DNA of 58,290 nt, counting the filler, from Catajapyx aquilonaris (Eukaryota), in assembly GCA_000934665.2 (NCBI GenBank). It is 2 parts of 2 records of this genome, joined end to end, with 100 filler letters (N's around TTAATTAATTAA, not from the genome) between each part and the next. Parts side by side here need not be neighbours in the genome. Positions count along the whole stretch, not along the records: positions 1 to 29,096 come from JYFJ02004829.1; 1 more part is not named here. One strand, 5' to 3'. Below, one piece after another: positions 1 through 12,500 of this stretch. Made by a program: the position numbers and the translations under genes. A model generated the notes under the pieces. It did no database searches. It was not told the DNA's origin and worked only from the letters and a program-made list of their open reading frames with translations. Position 1 is the stretch's first letter. Every line of letters starts with the position of its first letter.

Positions 1-620
1 CCCCCCCCCAATTGTGCGCATCAAGCTGGGTCCGGAAAAGCTCAATTCAACGTCCAATTACCCTGGATTACCGCGAATTATTGGGTGGACGCCTGGTTTC
101 CCTCCTCAGTTCCTCTCGCAGGAACAATGCGGCGCATCGGTGATGAATCGAGAGAGAGAGAGGAGGGAGGGAGGGAGAGGGAGGGAAATCATGATTAAGT
201 CGGCACCCACGATTTAAATACTCAATTTGCTCCTGGCCAACGATCAGCCTCCGGGTATGGGTGTGTGGGAGGGGTCGTTGTCACAAGGAGGAACTTTCCA
301 GGGGGCTCAACCAAGGGCCCCATGATTCCCGACCGCCAAACCCATCCCATTCCATGCCATCGGGATGGGGAGGAAAGAGGGGAGGGAGGGAGGGAGGGAG
401 GGAGGGATATCATCCATTCCCTCCCCTCATTCCACTACCTCCCTTGCTTTCTCAGCCTAGAATCTAGATCAACCGATTCGCAGTTGCCAAAAAAATGAAA
501 CCGCGCGATCACCTGATCTTCAGGGAAAAGAGACGGCGAGGGATTATTATGATTATTAATAATACTACGATAATTAAATACAATATTTATAACTAAGTTA
601 GTTGTCGTTTATTCTAGACA

Positions 621-958
621 GCCTCGAGTGAGAGAGTCGCCAACTTCTGACGTCACGCCGTCTTCGATTGGCTTTGGTCATTAATTATGGACTGTTTGTG
701 GTTCCGATGTGAGCAGCCATCTTGCATTGCTATGGAAAAAAGTGGCCGACTCTGACCTCACGGTCGACTCCAATTGTATGGAACCAGAAGGTCTGAAACT
801 ACTCCAGCCAATCGAAGTCGACCGTGACGTCAGAGCCTGCCACTGTTTCCATAGCAATGGAAGATGGCGGCCTCCATAGGACACGTGAACAGTCCAAAAT
901 TACTCTAGCCAATCAGAGACGATCGTGACGTAAGAAGTTGGAGACTCTTCCTCCAGGC
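621..958. mobile_element. Fold-back (fully palindromic) MITE-like element
   Basis: Arm ~621-782 is the imperfect reverse complement of ~803-958, with a ~20-nt loop. Examples: AGAGTCGCCAACTTCTGACGTCACG vs CGTGACGTAAGAAGTTGGAGACTCT; GCCATCTTGCATTGCTATGGAAA vs TTTCCATAGCAATGGAAGATGGC. Confidence 0.8.
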
Positions 959-977
959 ACAGGAACTGAAGAATCCC

Positions 978-1033
978 GTTGCTCTGGTAACCCCCGTTGC
1001 CATTATAACCCGTTGGGCCGTTGCTATGATAAG
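978..1033. promoter_or_regulatory. Three tandem RFX X-box-like motifs
   Basis: GTTGCTCTGGTAAC 978-991, GTTGCCATTATAAC 996-1009, GTTGCTATGATAAG 1020-1033, compared with consensus GTTNCCATRGNAAC. Confidence 0.45.
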
Positions 1034-3590
1034 AGGGGGCTGTGAGAGAGAAGGGCATGCGACAAACTCTTATACAGTCATAAGATATCCTGTAATAATA
1101 CGAATAATAGCTTACGAATAATAATCCTACGATATTATAACATTTCCGTCATGTCGTGCCGCTAAAGTGTTTCGGAAAGAAACAGCATGCGCCATCTACC
1201 GACTTCCTTCCCAACTTCTTGCGCACAAAACATTTAATCTGTGCCTGTTGCAAAATAGAAACTGCCGCCTAATCCTTCGTAAGGATGGCCGGATTGGTGC
1301 AAAAAACAACAACAACAACAACAGGACAGAAGAAAGAGAGAGAGTGAGGCAATAACGGCACAGAGTTTCAGTGCTCTGTGTATACAGTGCAGGAACCGGG
1401 CGCTGGGAGTATATAGGAACCATTCAGGAGCAATTTGGGAGTGTTAGTGGAGGCCTCCCGGAGCCGAGGCAATAAATGAGGCGTAAGATTGACGGTCCCA
1501 TCGGAAAACATGAGCACAATCGACAAGTTGCAGTCTCCGCAGAAAATCCGGGGGCCCCGCGTCCAATCAGTGGGGGTGAACTGATTAAAATGGCTGGCTT
1601 GCAAGTGCACCGGATCCCACACTGTCTTTTTTTCTACCCGGAGAAAAATAAAAGTGATGGCAAACACCAAACCCGGATCCAGCATCCTTTTTTTTTTACT
1701 TTTCTTTCTTCTTGCAGTTGGTGGAATGTCTCTCTCTCTCTCTCTCTCTCTCTACCTCTACAAATTGATTCCGCAACTGTCTCTGAGGCTGCTGCCGGCA
1801 TGACAAATCCCTTTCAAAGATCACTACCCTATCATTAGTCGGTGGTGCAGACCCATGGAATTGCCATTTTAGATTTCGGTGGGGAAAAGCGGCGCTGGAG
1901 CTCATTAGGAATCGCTTGCATTGGCAGATTCAAGGGAGGACAAGGAGCGGGCTGTCCTCCTCGAATCCCAGAAAAAAAAGAGAGAATTGCCTGAAAAAAG
2001 GAACCGGAAGCCAAATCACCACCAATGACACAAACCAATGAATAGTTAGCGAAAACAAATCGCCTTCTCGCGGACGCGGACAAGCTGATAGAGAGGGGGG
2101 GTTTAAATAAAAAGAAAGAAAGAAAAAGGAAGTGATGGTCCACAGTGGGGGATGAGATTTGGGTCCGAATGGTCCCCCCCCCCCCTTCCCACTAACAACA
2201 CCCGCTAATTTGAACTTGGGGACGATCCGAATTTCAATGGCCCGGAAAGGGCTCCAATAGCTCTTGATAACAGTATTTTTATTTGAGGTAAGGCCAGATT
2301 GAAGGGTGGGGGGGACTCTCCCCATCTCCCTCTCTCTGGGTGCTCCAAGTTTAATCTCTGCTCCGCATCTCGGTCCACACGGACACGTCTCAAATTAGAC
2401 GAGTTCGATGTGAGTTCTAGGCCAGACTGAAAAAAAGGCCAGCGAGTATAGGTCGAATCCAAAGTAGACCAAGATGGCTCCTAAATGGCTATGAATAAAT
2501 GGTATAGCATCCATAAAATACACTAGTTCTTCTCCCATCCATCAGAGGCGCTGCTCCCACATTACGCAGGCGCAGAACGGGGGGCCAATCGGAAGCCTCG
2601 GTCATACAACGAAGGATTTTAATATTATAGATATAATAAATAGAACTGATTTAATTTAAGGTGTGTTGCACTGCACCTTTTTAAAGAGTAAATGGTTGAA
2701 CTATGTCTACACCGAGTCACGCGCACGTCAGCAGAACATGCTAATTAGTCTCGCAAGGATACGCCCTTATTCCCAACCAGGCGCTAAAGGACCGGAAGCA
2801 GAACCGGTTACTGACCGGAAGACGGTGCCAAGTGTCGCCTTTTCCTGCCCCAGGACCACACCTGTCCTAAAAGAAGATGTCCTCGCTACTTTTAATGATA
2901 GTGCCAAGACCTTATTTTCAAGCACTATAGACACGTTCCCACGTTCATGTTTAAAAATGGGCAGCTGTAATAATAAGGATTCTGTTAATGGGGCTGATAC
3001 TGCGTTATCGATATTATCATCTAGTAATGAATGTTGCAAAGGAATTATTGTTTCAAGCAAGCTTCGTGAAAGAGGTTCTAAATAGAGCTCACAATATTCT
3101 TCAGCAGTCAACAGCCTGCTACGGAGAGTTGTTTCCATAGAATCACGTTCCTTGTTTCGGCTTGTCTTCAAAATTCTACTAGTGTGCTGCCTTCAGCTAA
3201 TTTTTTAAACGATGGAAGGTGAGTGTTAATTGCAAAAAAAGCACTTCGGGAAAGATTCCCTACTTCAGTCATGTACAATGGTGATATGGAAAACATACAT
3301 TATAAACTGTTTCCTAGCATATACAGATCAAAACAAGGGCACATCATTCTCGCATTTGATATTAGGAAATGTGCAAAAAAATTTGTTACAAAGGGATTTT
3401 TCAAATAAATTCGGCAGAAAATAGTTGTGTCCTGCACTTGCGAATGTGATAGGAAAATAAGTATCACTCTCAAAATCAAAATGTTATGTCTTTCATGTTG
3501 ACATGATGTGACTAATCTGTTGCGGCAGTATATTTGCTACTGTATATTAACTTGAACAATTTATCTCCATCTAGTTGATTATTTCGACAG

Positions 3591-6500
3591 ATCATATGGC
3601 GCTATTCGTAAGGCCATATTGCGTATGCTGCGAACATCATACGTCCACTGCTACCCAAATTACGAAAACGTCGTCCCCGGCCCAGATCATCAAGACGTTT
3701 GCGAAAGACTTGACCTTCTGGTGGACCGAAATTCTCCGTGGTACCATGACAATTACTGGTGCAGCGATTTGCACGACGTACTCTCAGTCGCCATCAACAG
3801 GAAGAGGCCCCTCACCTGGAAGCTTCTTTTCCAAAAGATGCTTACTCTTCGGCTGATCGACAACCAGGTTGGAAAAAAAATGTCGCAATATATTTAACTA
3901 GCGCACATGACATCGGTGTGTGTGCTACACATGCATGTGTCTCTCACCCAGTACTTTTTTTCCCCCAACCCACCCGCACACCCACCCAACCCATCACCAC
4001 AATGAGGCTCCCTTGCAGGTCGTTATTTTTGAATCCATTTACACATTCGCACAATAGAATGGACTGAAATTTTCAAACACACTGGCAACGCTCTTTAATG
4101 GAAAATTACACAGGCCGCCCCCTGGTATTGTGATCTACGACACGGCTGCACGTGTACCGAAGGGCATAAAATATACGCCGGCATCTATGTCCGACTAATG
4201 CAGACCATTCCATATCTAAATACCCGAATTGTTCCCAGAAGGCTTGCCCAACCCGACGCCAAACAACCCTACAAACATTTGCAGATAAATGAGCGGATTT
4301 TGAGGACAGCTTTCACTAACTTTTTTTTTGCACATACTGCTCGACTTTAATGCACTATTTTGAACAAAAAAATTGGATCGCATGTCTTGGAACGAAAATA
4401 CCGAACAATGATAATTGCGATGCAAATCAGATGCTGGGCATGAAGCCAAATTAATTGTATCGCTCGGGAGTTGGGATGAGAAGGAAAAGAGAGCTTTTGG
4501 ATCCCCACCCCCCCCCCCNCCCCCCCCCCTGCAAATGCGGCCTACCCAAATCTGCCAAACAATACATTTCCAGAGCAGTAAACCTGACGGCAGTCAAAGC
4601 ATCTCAATGTCTATTAGCGGATGGTGGAAAAATCCCATTGTAATCATAGCGGATCGACATCGATTGTCCCGAGCTGATCCAGTCCGGAACGATTGATCAC
4701 CGAGAGACACACGGTGGGGCATACAGAGAGTACATACCCACCCACCGGTACATAGATAACCCACCCAACTTCAATCCGAAATGCAGCCGAAATGAAAGCG
4801 GGGGGGGCCCTCGGAACATGCGTGCCCAGTATGCATTGGATTTAGCGTACAAATGGAATGCATACGTGATTCAACTATCCGTGGCGGAACTTAATAAATG
4901 GCGTTTCCACCGCCCCCTCTCTAGAAAGTTTTTTTTTGGAGAGTTTCCGCAGCTATATAGGAGAATTGCATCCCGAGCAGAGAGCAGCAGACCTAATGCA
5001 ATTGCTCGGATGCACCTGCACATGACGACTTGTACGTGAATGGTAGCGTACTTTACGTGCCGGTAGTCAGAGCGCACCTGGAATTGATCTAATTGTAGTC
5101 TGCGGATCCTCAGATTTTCCGAAAAACCCGTTTCACACACTGGTGCACATCAGGCTACATTCAGCTCTCATGTACGTACAGTACGTGCAGGTCCGATTGT
5201 GTGTGATGGACGTACGCTGAAGCAAGAAGCTGCAGAGTTAAACTCTCGGTAACTCCAAGAGCGAACTTTTTTTTTGTTCTTCGGCAGATTCCGGAGATGG
5301 ACAACTTCCTGACGCATTTCCAGTGTCTCCAACTGCTGTCGCTGGCGGACAACGGACTGGACAAAGTTCCTGGCAGGTACCTTCCACACCAGACCCTTCG
5401 AGTGCTGAACCTGTCCGGAAACAATATCACAGACTTGTCCCTCCTGCTGGACTGCAGCTTCCCGCATCTTCTGCTTCTGGACCTGTCTGGAAACAATCTC
5501 AAAGACGGTGAGCATCTCCCGCTGGTTTAAAAAAACGTCATGTTCTGGACAAACTTTGCGAAAACAAAAAAATTAACTCTAGAAAAAAGCGAGCGAAGCG
5601 AGTGGCTGCCTAAGGCCTGCGCCCTAGAAAAATGCGAACGAGAAGCGAGGGTTTTTCTAATTTTATTTTTAATTCTGCTGCGGCTGCGGCTCTTAATCGT
5701 CATATATATATAGACAGCTGCAGTCAGACTGTCCGGGACAGAGCGACAGTGAACAAAAAATAACTGCAAAGCACTTCACATATACGTTTGAAATATTTGG
5801 GAAAGGAACGCAGTGTTATACAAAAATTCCATTCCAGCCAAATGTAGAGTTGGATGGGTATATAGGGTGGGGGGAGGGGGCTTTTCAAAACCAGAGCAGA
5901 CTCTACATATATTCTGTCATGTTCTGATATCAGTTTAGTCAGCTGTGTACCCCCCCGCTTTTCGTTTTCACATCATTCGCATAAAATGTACCAGCCGGAC
6001 ATATTTTTTTTTAAAGTTTGAAAATTGTGCCTACCAAGTGAAGAGAAATTTAAGTGAAAAAAGTATGTAACGCAGCTAAAGTTATCCTGTGGCGAACGTA
6101 CGAAAAAACCTGGGCGTCAGATTTACATTTTTAATCTCTTACATAATAAATTGCGTGGTTTCTGGAATAGCTTATCGTACAGTGGCCTACAAGCCTCTCT
6201 GGCACACACACACACACACACGTACACACTAGAAAGGCGAGGCCTATTATACGCCTAGCGCCTCCCTTTTTGAATTTTTATCCATGTGGCACATGAAAAG
6301 AGGGGTGTTGGTGGGGAAGCCGACTGGTTAGTTATTTCGCTTCAAAGCAAGCCTCAACTGTGGTAATTGATAGAGAATTATGGTAACGTCATAATGAGGG
6401 GAGGCCCAGCAACGGGGCGATAAAGAGGAGCTAAGATATACATCTGCATCTCTTTTTAACGCCGGGGCCGATTATTCAAACGAGATTGCGCCATTTACAT

Positions 6501-9500
6501 ATGAGGCGATTCTGCCAAATAATTTAAACTTTTCCTCGCCAATTTTAGTGTGTGTGTGAGCAGGATAATGGTTACTCCCAGTTAGTGAACTCTGTAACTA
6601 TAGCAGAAAATTTGTAATAAGGTCTTAGCACATTTGCAGTTTGCGTCTTCTCATAAATTTGTATTAATATACAGTACATCAATGCAAATTGGTGCGTGGG
6701 CTTCCCAAAACATGCGAGTGCGCTAATTTATTGAAATATCATTCCCTCGATGCACGGATGGGAAGATTATCTTTGCGAGACCGAAAAACACACGCGCGTG
6801 TTATGCTCCTCCATGGTCAATTGGGCACCGGGAAATATTTGTCTTGTGCACTTGGGCATGATCTTTTGGTTTTGCAATAATTGTTTTGGTGTCAATCTTT
6901 CTGCTTGCTGGGGCCTAGTATAAATAATTGTAATATCTGCTGGAAAAATGGCTGTAACATTTCTGCCCAGTGGTTTAAAAAAATTTAGTTAAACAGAGCA
7001 CGCAGTCCCGGGAATATATATTTTTTTCAGTCCAAAACTTCAGACGCACATTTCTAGCGCACCTGAAATTTTTGGAATAACCTCAATGTTTTCAAAGAAT
7101 ATTATCACACCGACAGGACACTAACTAAAAAAATTACGCCATATACTACCACTTTAAAAAAAAAATGCATTTGCAGGACTTCAAAAGGACACGCGTATAG
7201 CATGTCGAACTACCCGCGAAAAATAGGGAGAGAATATATAGCGGCATGGAGAGAGAGATAGAAAAAAAAGTAATTTAATAGATGCGCCGCATTCCGCTAA
7301 AATCAATAGAAAGAGTTGCATAGATGAATAGAATATTCATCTGGGTGTTATAGAGGGGCCTGCTGGTTTCGGTCGCAGAATGTAGCCAGATGCAGTTTCG
7401 TTCTTTGTTACAATAATTCAAGCTCCGCCGCACACGCAAAAATCTCTCCTATAGTTTCAACTGATGCTAAAGTGCGTTTTTTTAAAAAAATATATACATT
7501 TCCCCCCCGGCAAAACCGCAGAGTATATAAATTATGTTCATGTACGTGGGTTTTGCAACTTTTCGTTTTCTTGGCCTGCTATATACTGCATCATAGGCTA
7601 TACATATGCACTATTTTGCCATTTGATTGCTGGCGAAAACAATCTGCCCATATTTTGGCATTGAGCTCTGAATTTCATGGAATACAGTTTGGTCTGAACT
7701 GCCAGTTAACCTTTGACATCAGGGGGAGTCGAATAACTTGCTGCCTTGCGAAGGCAGCAAATCTTCCTGAGATGAGTAAAAATTAAAGCAAAATAATCCG
7801 AGCGCAGTGCTTTAACCGCGAAATGCGGGCCATGAAAAAAAAAAACATGGTACAAAACATTTCTGGCTGTTTCCGGCATTTCTCCAGACGACACCATGTA
7901 ATCTTATAAATTATTAAAAGTTGTTGCAGTTTATCACTCGGGCGTTTTCATAACGCGGCGAGGCGAAGTGTTAAATATTACTGCATGAGGAAATTGTATA
8001 GGAGAGGCTTTTTGATTAGGCAATCAATATATTAGTTTCAATCACAAATTATTAGAGTCTCCAAAAATGTTGTTTAATGATAACTAATGCGCGCTCATGC
8101 TTTGCTCATTTTTGTAAGGGAAACCAATATTGTAAAATAATAATCGATTTTTATTACATGTCAGCTTCGAACTGTGCCACGTTTAAAACAGGATGCAATA
8201 TACGCCTTTCCATATAAAATTAAGGTAATAGTTCCTGCACGTTGCAATATTGCTTCCCCTGGCCATTTGAAATCTTTCAAAAAATGCAAGTGTGTAACAC
8301 AAATAATTGATTATTATTAGTGTTATTACATTTTTTGTTAATTCATATACGAAACCAATGCAGACGCTGCAAGGATTCGTGGAGTAAATATCTGACCTAC
8401 ACAAACCGTTCTCAGTTACCGTACAAATGTGCTGTTGTATTACTACATCTGAGGCGTTGAAAAGCTTTTTACACCGTAATTTCATTTGCGGGCATTCTGT
8501 ATTATGAAATATCGCTGCCCTTTTTTCACGCTTTTGTTGCAGTCAACAGAACTCCTGCTGGTCACCCGCTCCTTTTTTTATATATTTCCAGGAGAAGCAA
8601 ACAGGTTTCCTTTTCTTTTTCTTCTCCTCCCCATACAACCTCCCTCCCCCTCCTCCCCCCTGGTCTTTCTTTGTTTTGGTAGGAATTTCAGTATTAACCT
8701 TTTGCCCACGATTCTTTACGACTTCATCCAAAGCAAAGGTTATTCTTCTCTTTCAAGAAGGGGGAAGAAGGAAGGGAAAGAAAAAAAAAGTCGAAACATT
8801 GGAGTTGTCGGACCACTTTAAGAGCAATTTGTCAAATTCCATCCGTCTGTAACTCCCAATATTATATTCTCCCCCCCCCCCCAAGTGAAGGTATCCATCC
8901 CTCAACAAAACAGAAAAAAATTTCATCGCATTTTAAAATTTTAAAATTAATTACACAGGGTGACTGAGATGGGACAAACCTCAAGTGTCATGAGTCGAAA
9001 TTATTTTCCTCGGTACATATCCCGGCCTCTGTAGGTCATAAAATGCAAATGACAATTGATTTAAATTAGTCTGATTATCAAGACTAATTGATTCCCTCAC
9101 CCCACCCCTACCCCCCATCTACCAGCTGCGCTTAGGACCAGAGATGCAACAATCCCATGATTCCGCGGAAGGCTCCCGAAGAGTTAGACTAGGCGTGCAA
9201 GTCGAATTGAAATTAACCGCAACCTGAATTATGATGCAATTTGGCCGCGCTTCATGCCGAATCCGCCGGTCCTCGGCCAAAAAAAAGAGCCAGGTTCTCT
9301 CTCTTTTTTTTTTGCAAAAAAATAGTAAAAATTTTTGCACTCCGAGGGCAAGTCTTGCTCGTCACGTATACTTGCGGCCTCATCAGTCGGGAAATCAAGT
9401 GTCGGAAAGTTATTGGTGATTCTACCAGCTGGATGCATGTAGGCTACGTATTATAAGAACTGTAGGCTATCAGTTAAATGTTAATACAAGTATATCATCA

Positions 9501-12500
9501 ATACAATTTAGAAAAAAAAATGTAGTAATTTAATCAGACATTTTCCGGCCGAAGCCTGATAACTATTCTGATTTCGTTTCGTAAAAAAATGTCTTAATTG
9601 AAGCCACGTACTTTTTTTCTGTACACCTTGTTGCTGAGATAAACAATCAGTAACTTTTCCAGACGCTTGATGAGTTGATTGGCCCAGGTAAGGCTCATTT
9701 CCGTCTCGCTGGCCATGCACGCAATTAGACATACCAAGGTGAATTAGAACTGATTCGGTGGCCAATTGCTGGTCTCGAGATAAAATAAAGAAGCAGTGGC
9801 GCGAAAAGAAACATCTTGGGAAACATTGTTGGCAAGACTTGTAGCCTTCCACGGGGAGGCCGTCTCTTGCTGATCACGAATTATTTCTCTGGGGCAGTAT
9901 CAACAACAACAACAAAAAATTAGGATGGTTCCTAGGAGCAGAAAAAAAAGCAACCGTCCAGCGATGCCAAGTGATATGTTTCCAGCAGACCATGGGACCG
10001 TTTTCCAGTCTCGTGAGCGTCCGAGGAATTACTTGCGTACCTAGACCCTCTTGAACAGCACTGTACATTGTACGCCCGCAATTTATGCTTCCTTTATCCG
10101 GAATGTAACAATGCGAAATGTACTGCCAATGTCAGTAATGAGCAAAACTCTGTACCGCTCTGTACTCTACTCCATTCACAAATTCTCCTGCCATCTGTGA
10201 GCCGTTGGGAAAACCAGTTCTGTTCCCAGGCAGCAGCCATTCATTGCTCTGCTATCTCTCGGCATTACTGAAAACTACATGTTGGTGTACTGTTGCTGAA
10301 TTATTACGCGTAAATCTGCACCGTTCTGTACACTAAATGCAACAATTAATTGATGTCACATCGCCTTCATATTGCTCCAGCTTTCCAAATCACTGTAGGT
10401 GGAGGTGTTTTCACTTAAAACACTTCAATTACGCAGAGAGTAGCCTACCTAGACCAAATAATCACTGGATAATCTCCATGCACTTTCCCAAAGTAACTCC
10501 CCCCCCCCCTGCCTAAAAAATAAAATGGAAGGTTTAGTTTTCCTCTATAAAATAAACAGCCCGATTGATGAAGTGTGGGTGGGGCACTTATGGCTCGAAA
10601 AAATATTGACCCTCCGTTTAGATAGTGGCTTCGATCAAGTGGCTCGGAATGCTCCCGGACTTCAATTACTGGATTTGACTCACAATGACGTTATTGGAAC
10701 ACGAAATCTGCTGCAATCCCTCAAGCACTGCACTCGTGTGAAAAACCTGCACCTGGAAGGCAACCCTTGCTCTGTGAGTACTACTCTATGCAAATTCATC
10801 AGTGTGGGTTGATGCAACCAACTTTTGATTCAAAGCTGCGGTAAAACTGGCTCAAGAGTAATTGCAATCAGCGAAAATAATGTCAGCACTTTACCACTCA
10901 GTGGAATTATTACATAAAGTGCTGTTGTCATACTTCTTAAGTGGAATAATGCCGAGAAAAAAAATTTAAACAGAAATCATACATTTTCATCTTTATAATA
11001 ATTACTTATCCCTGTTGAAGTAGTCTGCCCATGTTCCCTGGTCTGACAGTGTGAACTGGTGGCAAGCGGTCCGTTTAAATTGATTCGTCTTTTCGCATGC
11101 CATTCTTCAGTACAGCTGGTGCTACGTGTACGACGTGATGACCACTCTGCCCAATTTGCTTAGCCTGGATGGGTCCGGAGCGATTCGGCCCTTTCCGGTG
11201 CCCACCCCTAGCGAGGAACTGGAGGTCATTCTGCCAGATCCGGACACCAAAGGTGTTTTCCAGTTGAAAGTGGATCGCGTCATGGGTCACGGCTCCCAAC
11301 CAAAGGTGACCCAAATTTTCTTGATTAAACGAAATCGTCTTGTGCGTCACCCATGTGATCATTCTCTGCACACATGTGTGTGTTGTCATCCTGCTAATTT
11401 TTTTTAGAGGCGTCAATGACGTCCAAGTGGGGAATACAAAAGGATTGTCGGAGAAGGCCTCAATGCGCGATCACGCTTTAACTTTGCGTGGCATTAACTT
11501 CATGCTCGGCTTTCGACATGGGAACCTATAGATCACAGGGGCGTGTGTGACTAATGCAGAGATAATTCTTTTGCAAGTCATTCTGGACACGGTGTTTCCG
11601 GTAGAAATTCGATAAGAAGGAAATGAAATTTCTCGATCTATCGTTCCCCGGATGCATCGTTTTCCCGCATCCATCGAAAAACGATAAATCGAGGTTGGGC
11701 TGTGCAGGCATTAAAAATTGCAGGTTTTAAGTTTGTCTACATGCTTTTGAGCAAAAAATATATATTTTTTCAGTTGACCCACTCATTCAATTCGCAAAAT
11801 CTTTTTTCGAATTTTAGTTGCAAAGTCTTATGATTCAAATAAAAAATTACTATTAAAATTCAATGAGGGCCGGGTCTACACACAGTTATGAGTGAAAATT
11901 TGATTCCAAATTAGCAATGTTTGCAAGAAATTGAAATCACTCGTAGGTGAGAGCCATAATCTCGTAACAAAAATTGAGAAATTTAAACTGAACTACTAGC
12001 GAGTGAAAATTACTCAAATTGTGTCATAAATCTCACAGAAAAATTAACAAATCCCCGGATTCGTTTTCCCCCAGGAAATCAAAAACTGCGAGATATTATT
12101 TTATGTGGAGCTGATCTCACTGGAGGAGGCAAGAGAAGAAGAAGAAGCACGCAAACTACAGGCCAGTGCAAGCAAAAAGAAACCCGTGAACACCAAAGGC
12201 AAGAACAAGCCTCTCGACACCAGTCAAAGCAAGTCGGGCGGTGGGAACAAGAAGGCAGGAGGTTCGATCCAGGAGGAACCTGTGGTCAGCGGCAACAAGG
12301 GAGAGGACAATCAGACGGAGGAAGGTCAACAGCAGTCACAGGATGAACCTATCGTGCCCAAGAAATTCCGGATCCAAACGGAGCACATTGCCTGGCAGCA
12401 AAACAACATGCAGTTCCCTTCCACGGTCGAGTTCGAGTTCGAGGATTTGGCGAAGATGAGGCACATTTTGGAAGATGGGATCGAAGCCAGGTTTTGCAAG

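Noticed and set aside
1..2500. Many short ORFs in purine/pyrimidine-tract-rich DNA
   Set aside because: Low-complexity translations; no consistent exon chain or protein motif found.
3212..3218. ATGGAAG|GTGAGT as the LRRC43 start exon
   Set aside because: Splicing to 3591 puts this ATG out of frame with the LRRC43-like reading frame; it may be a UTR exon or uORF, so the start codon remains unresolved.
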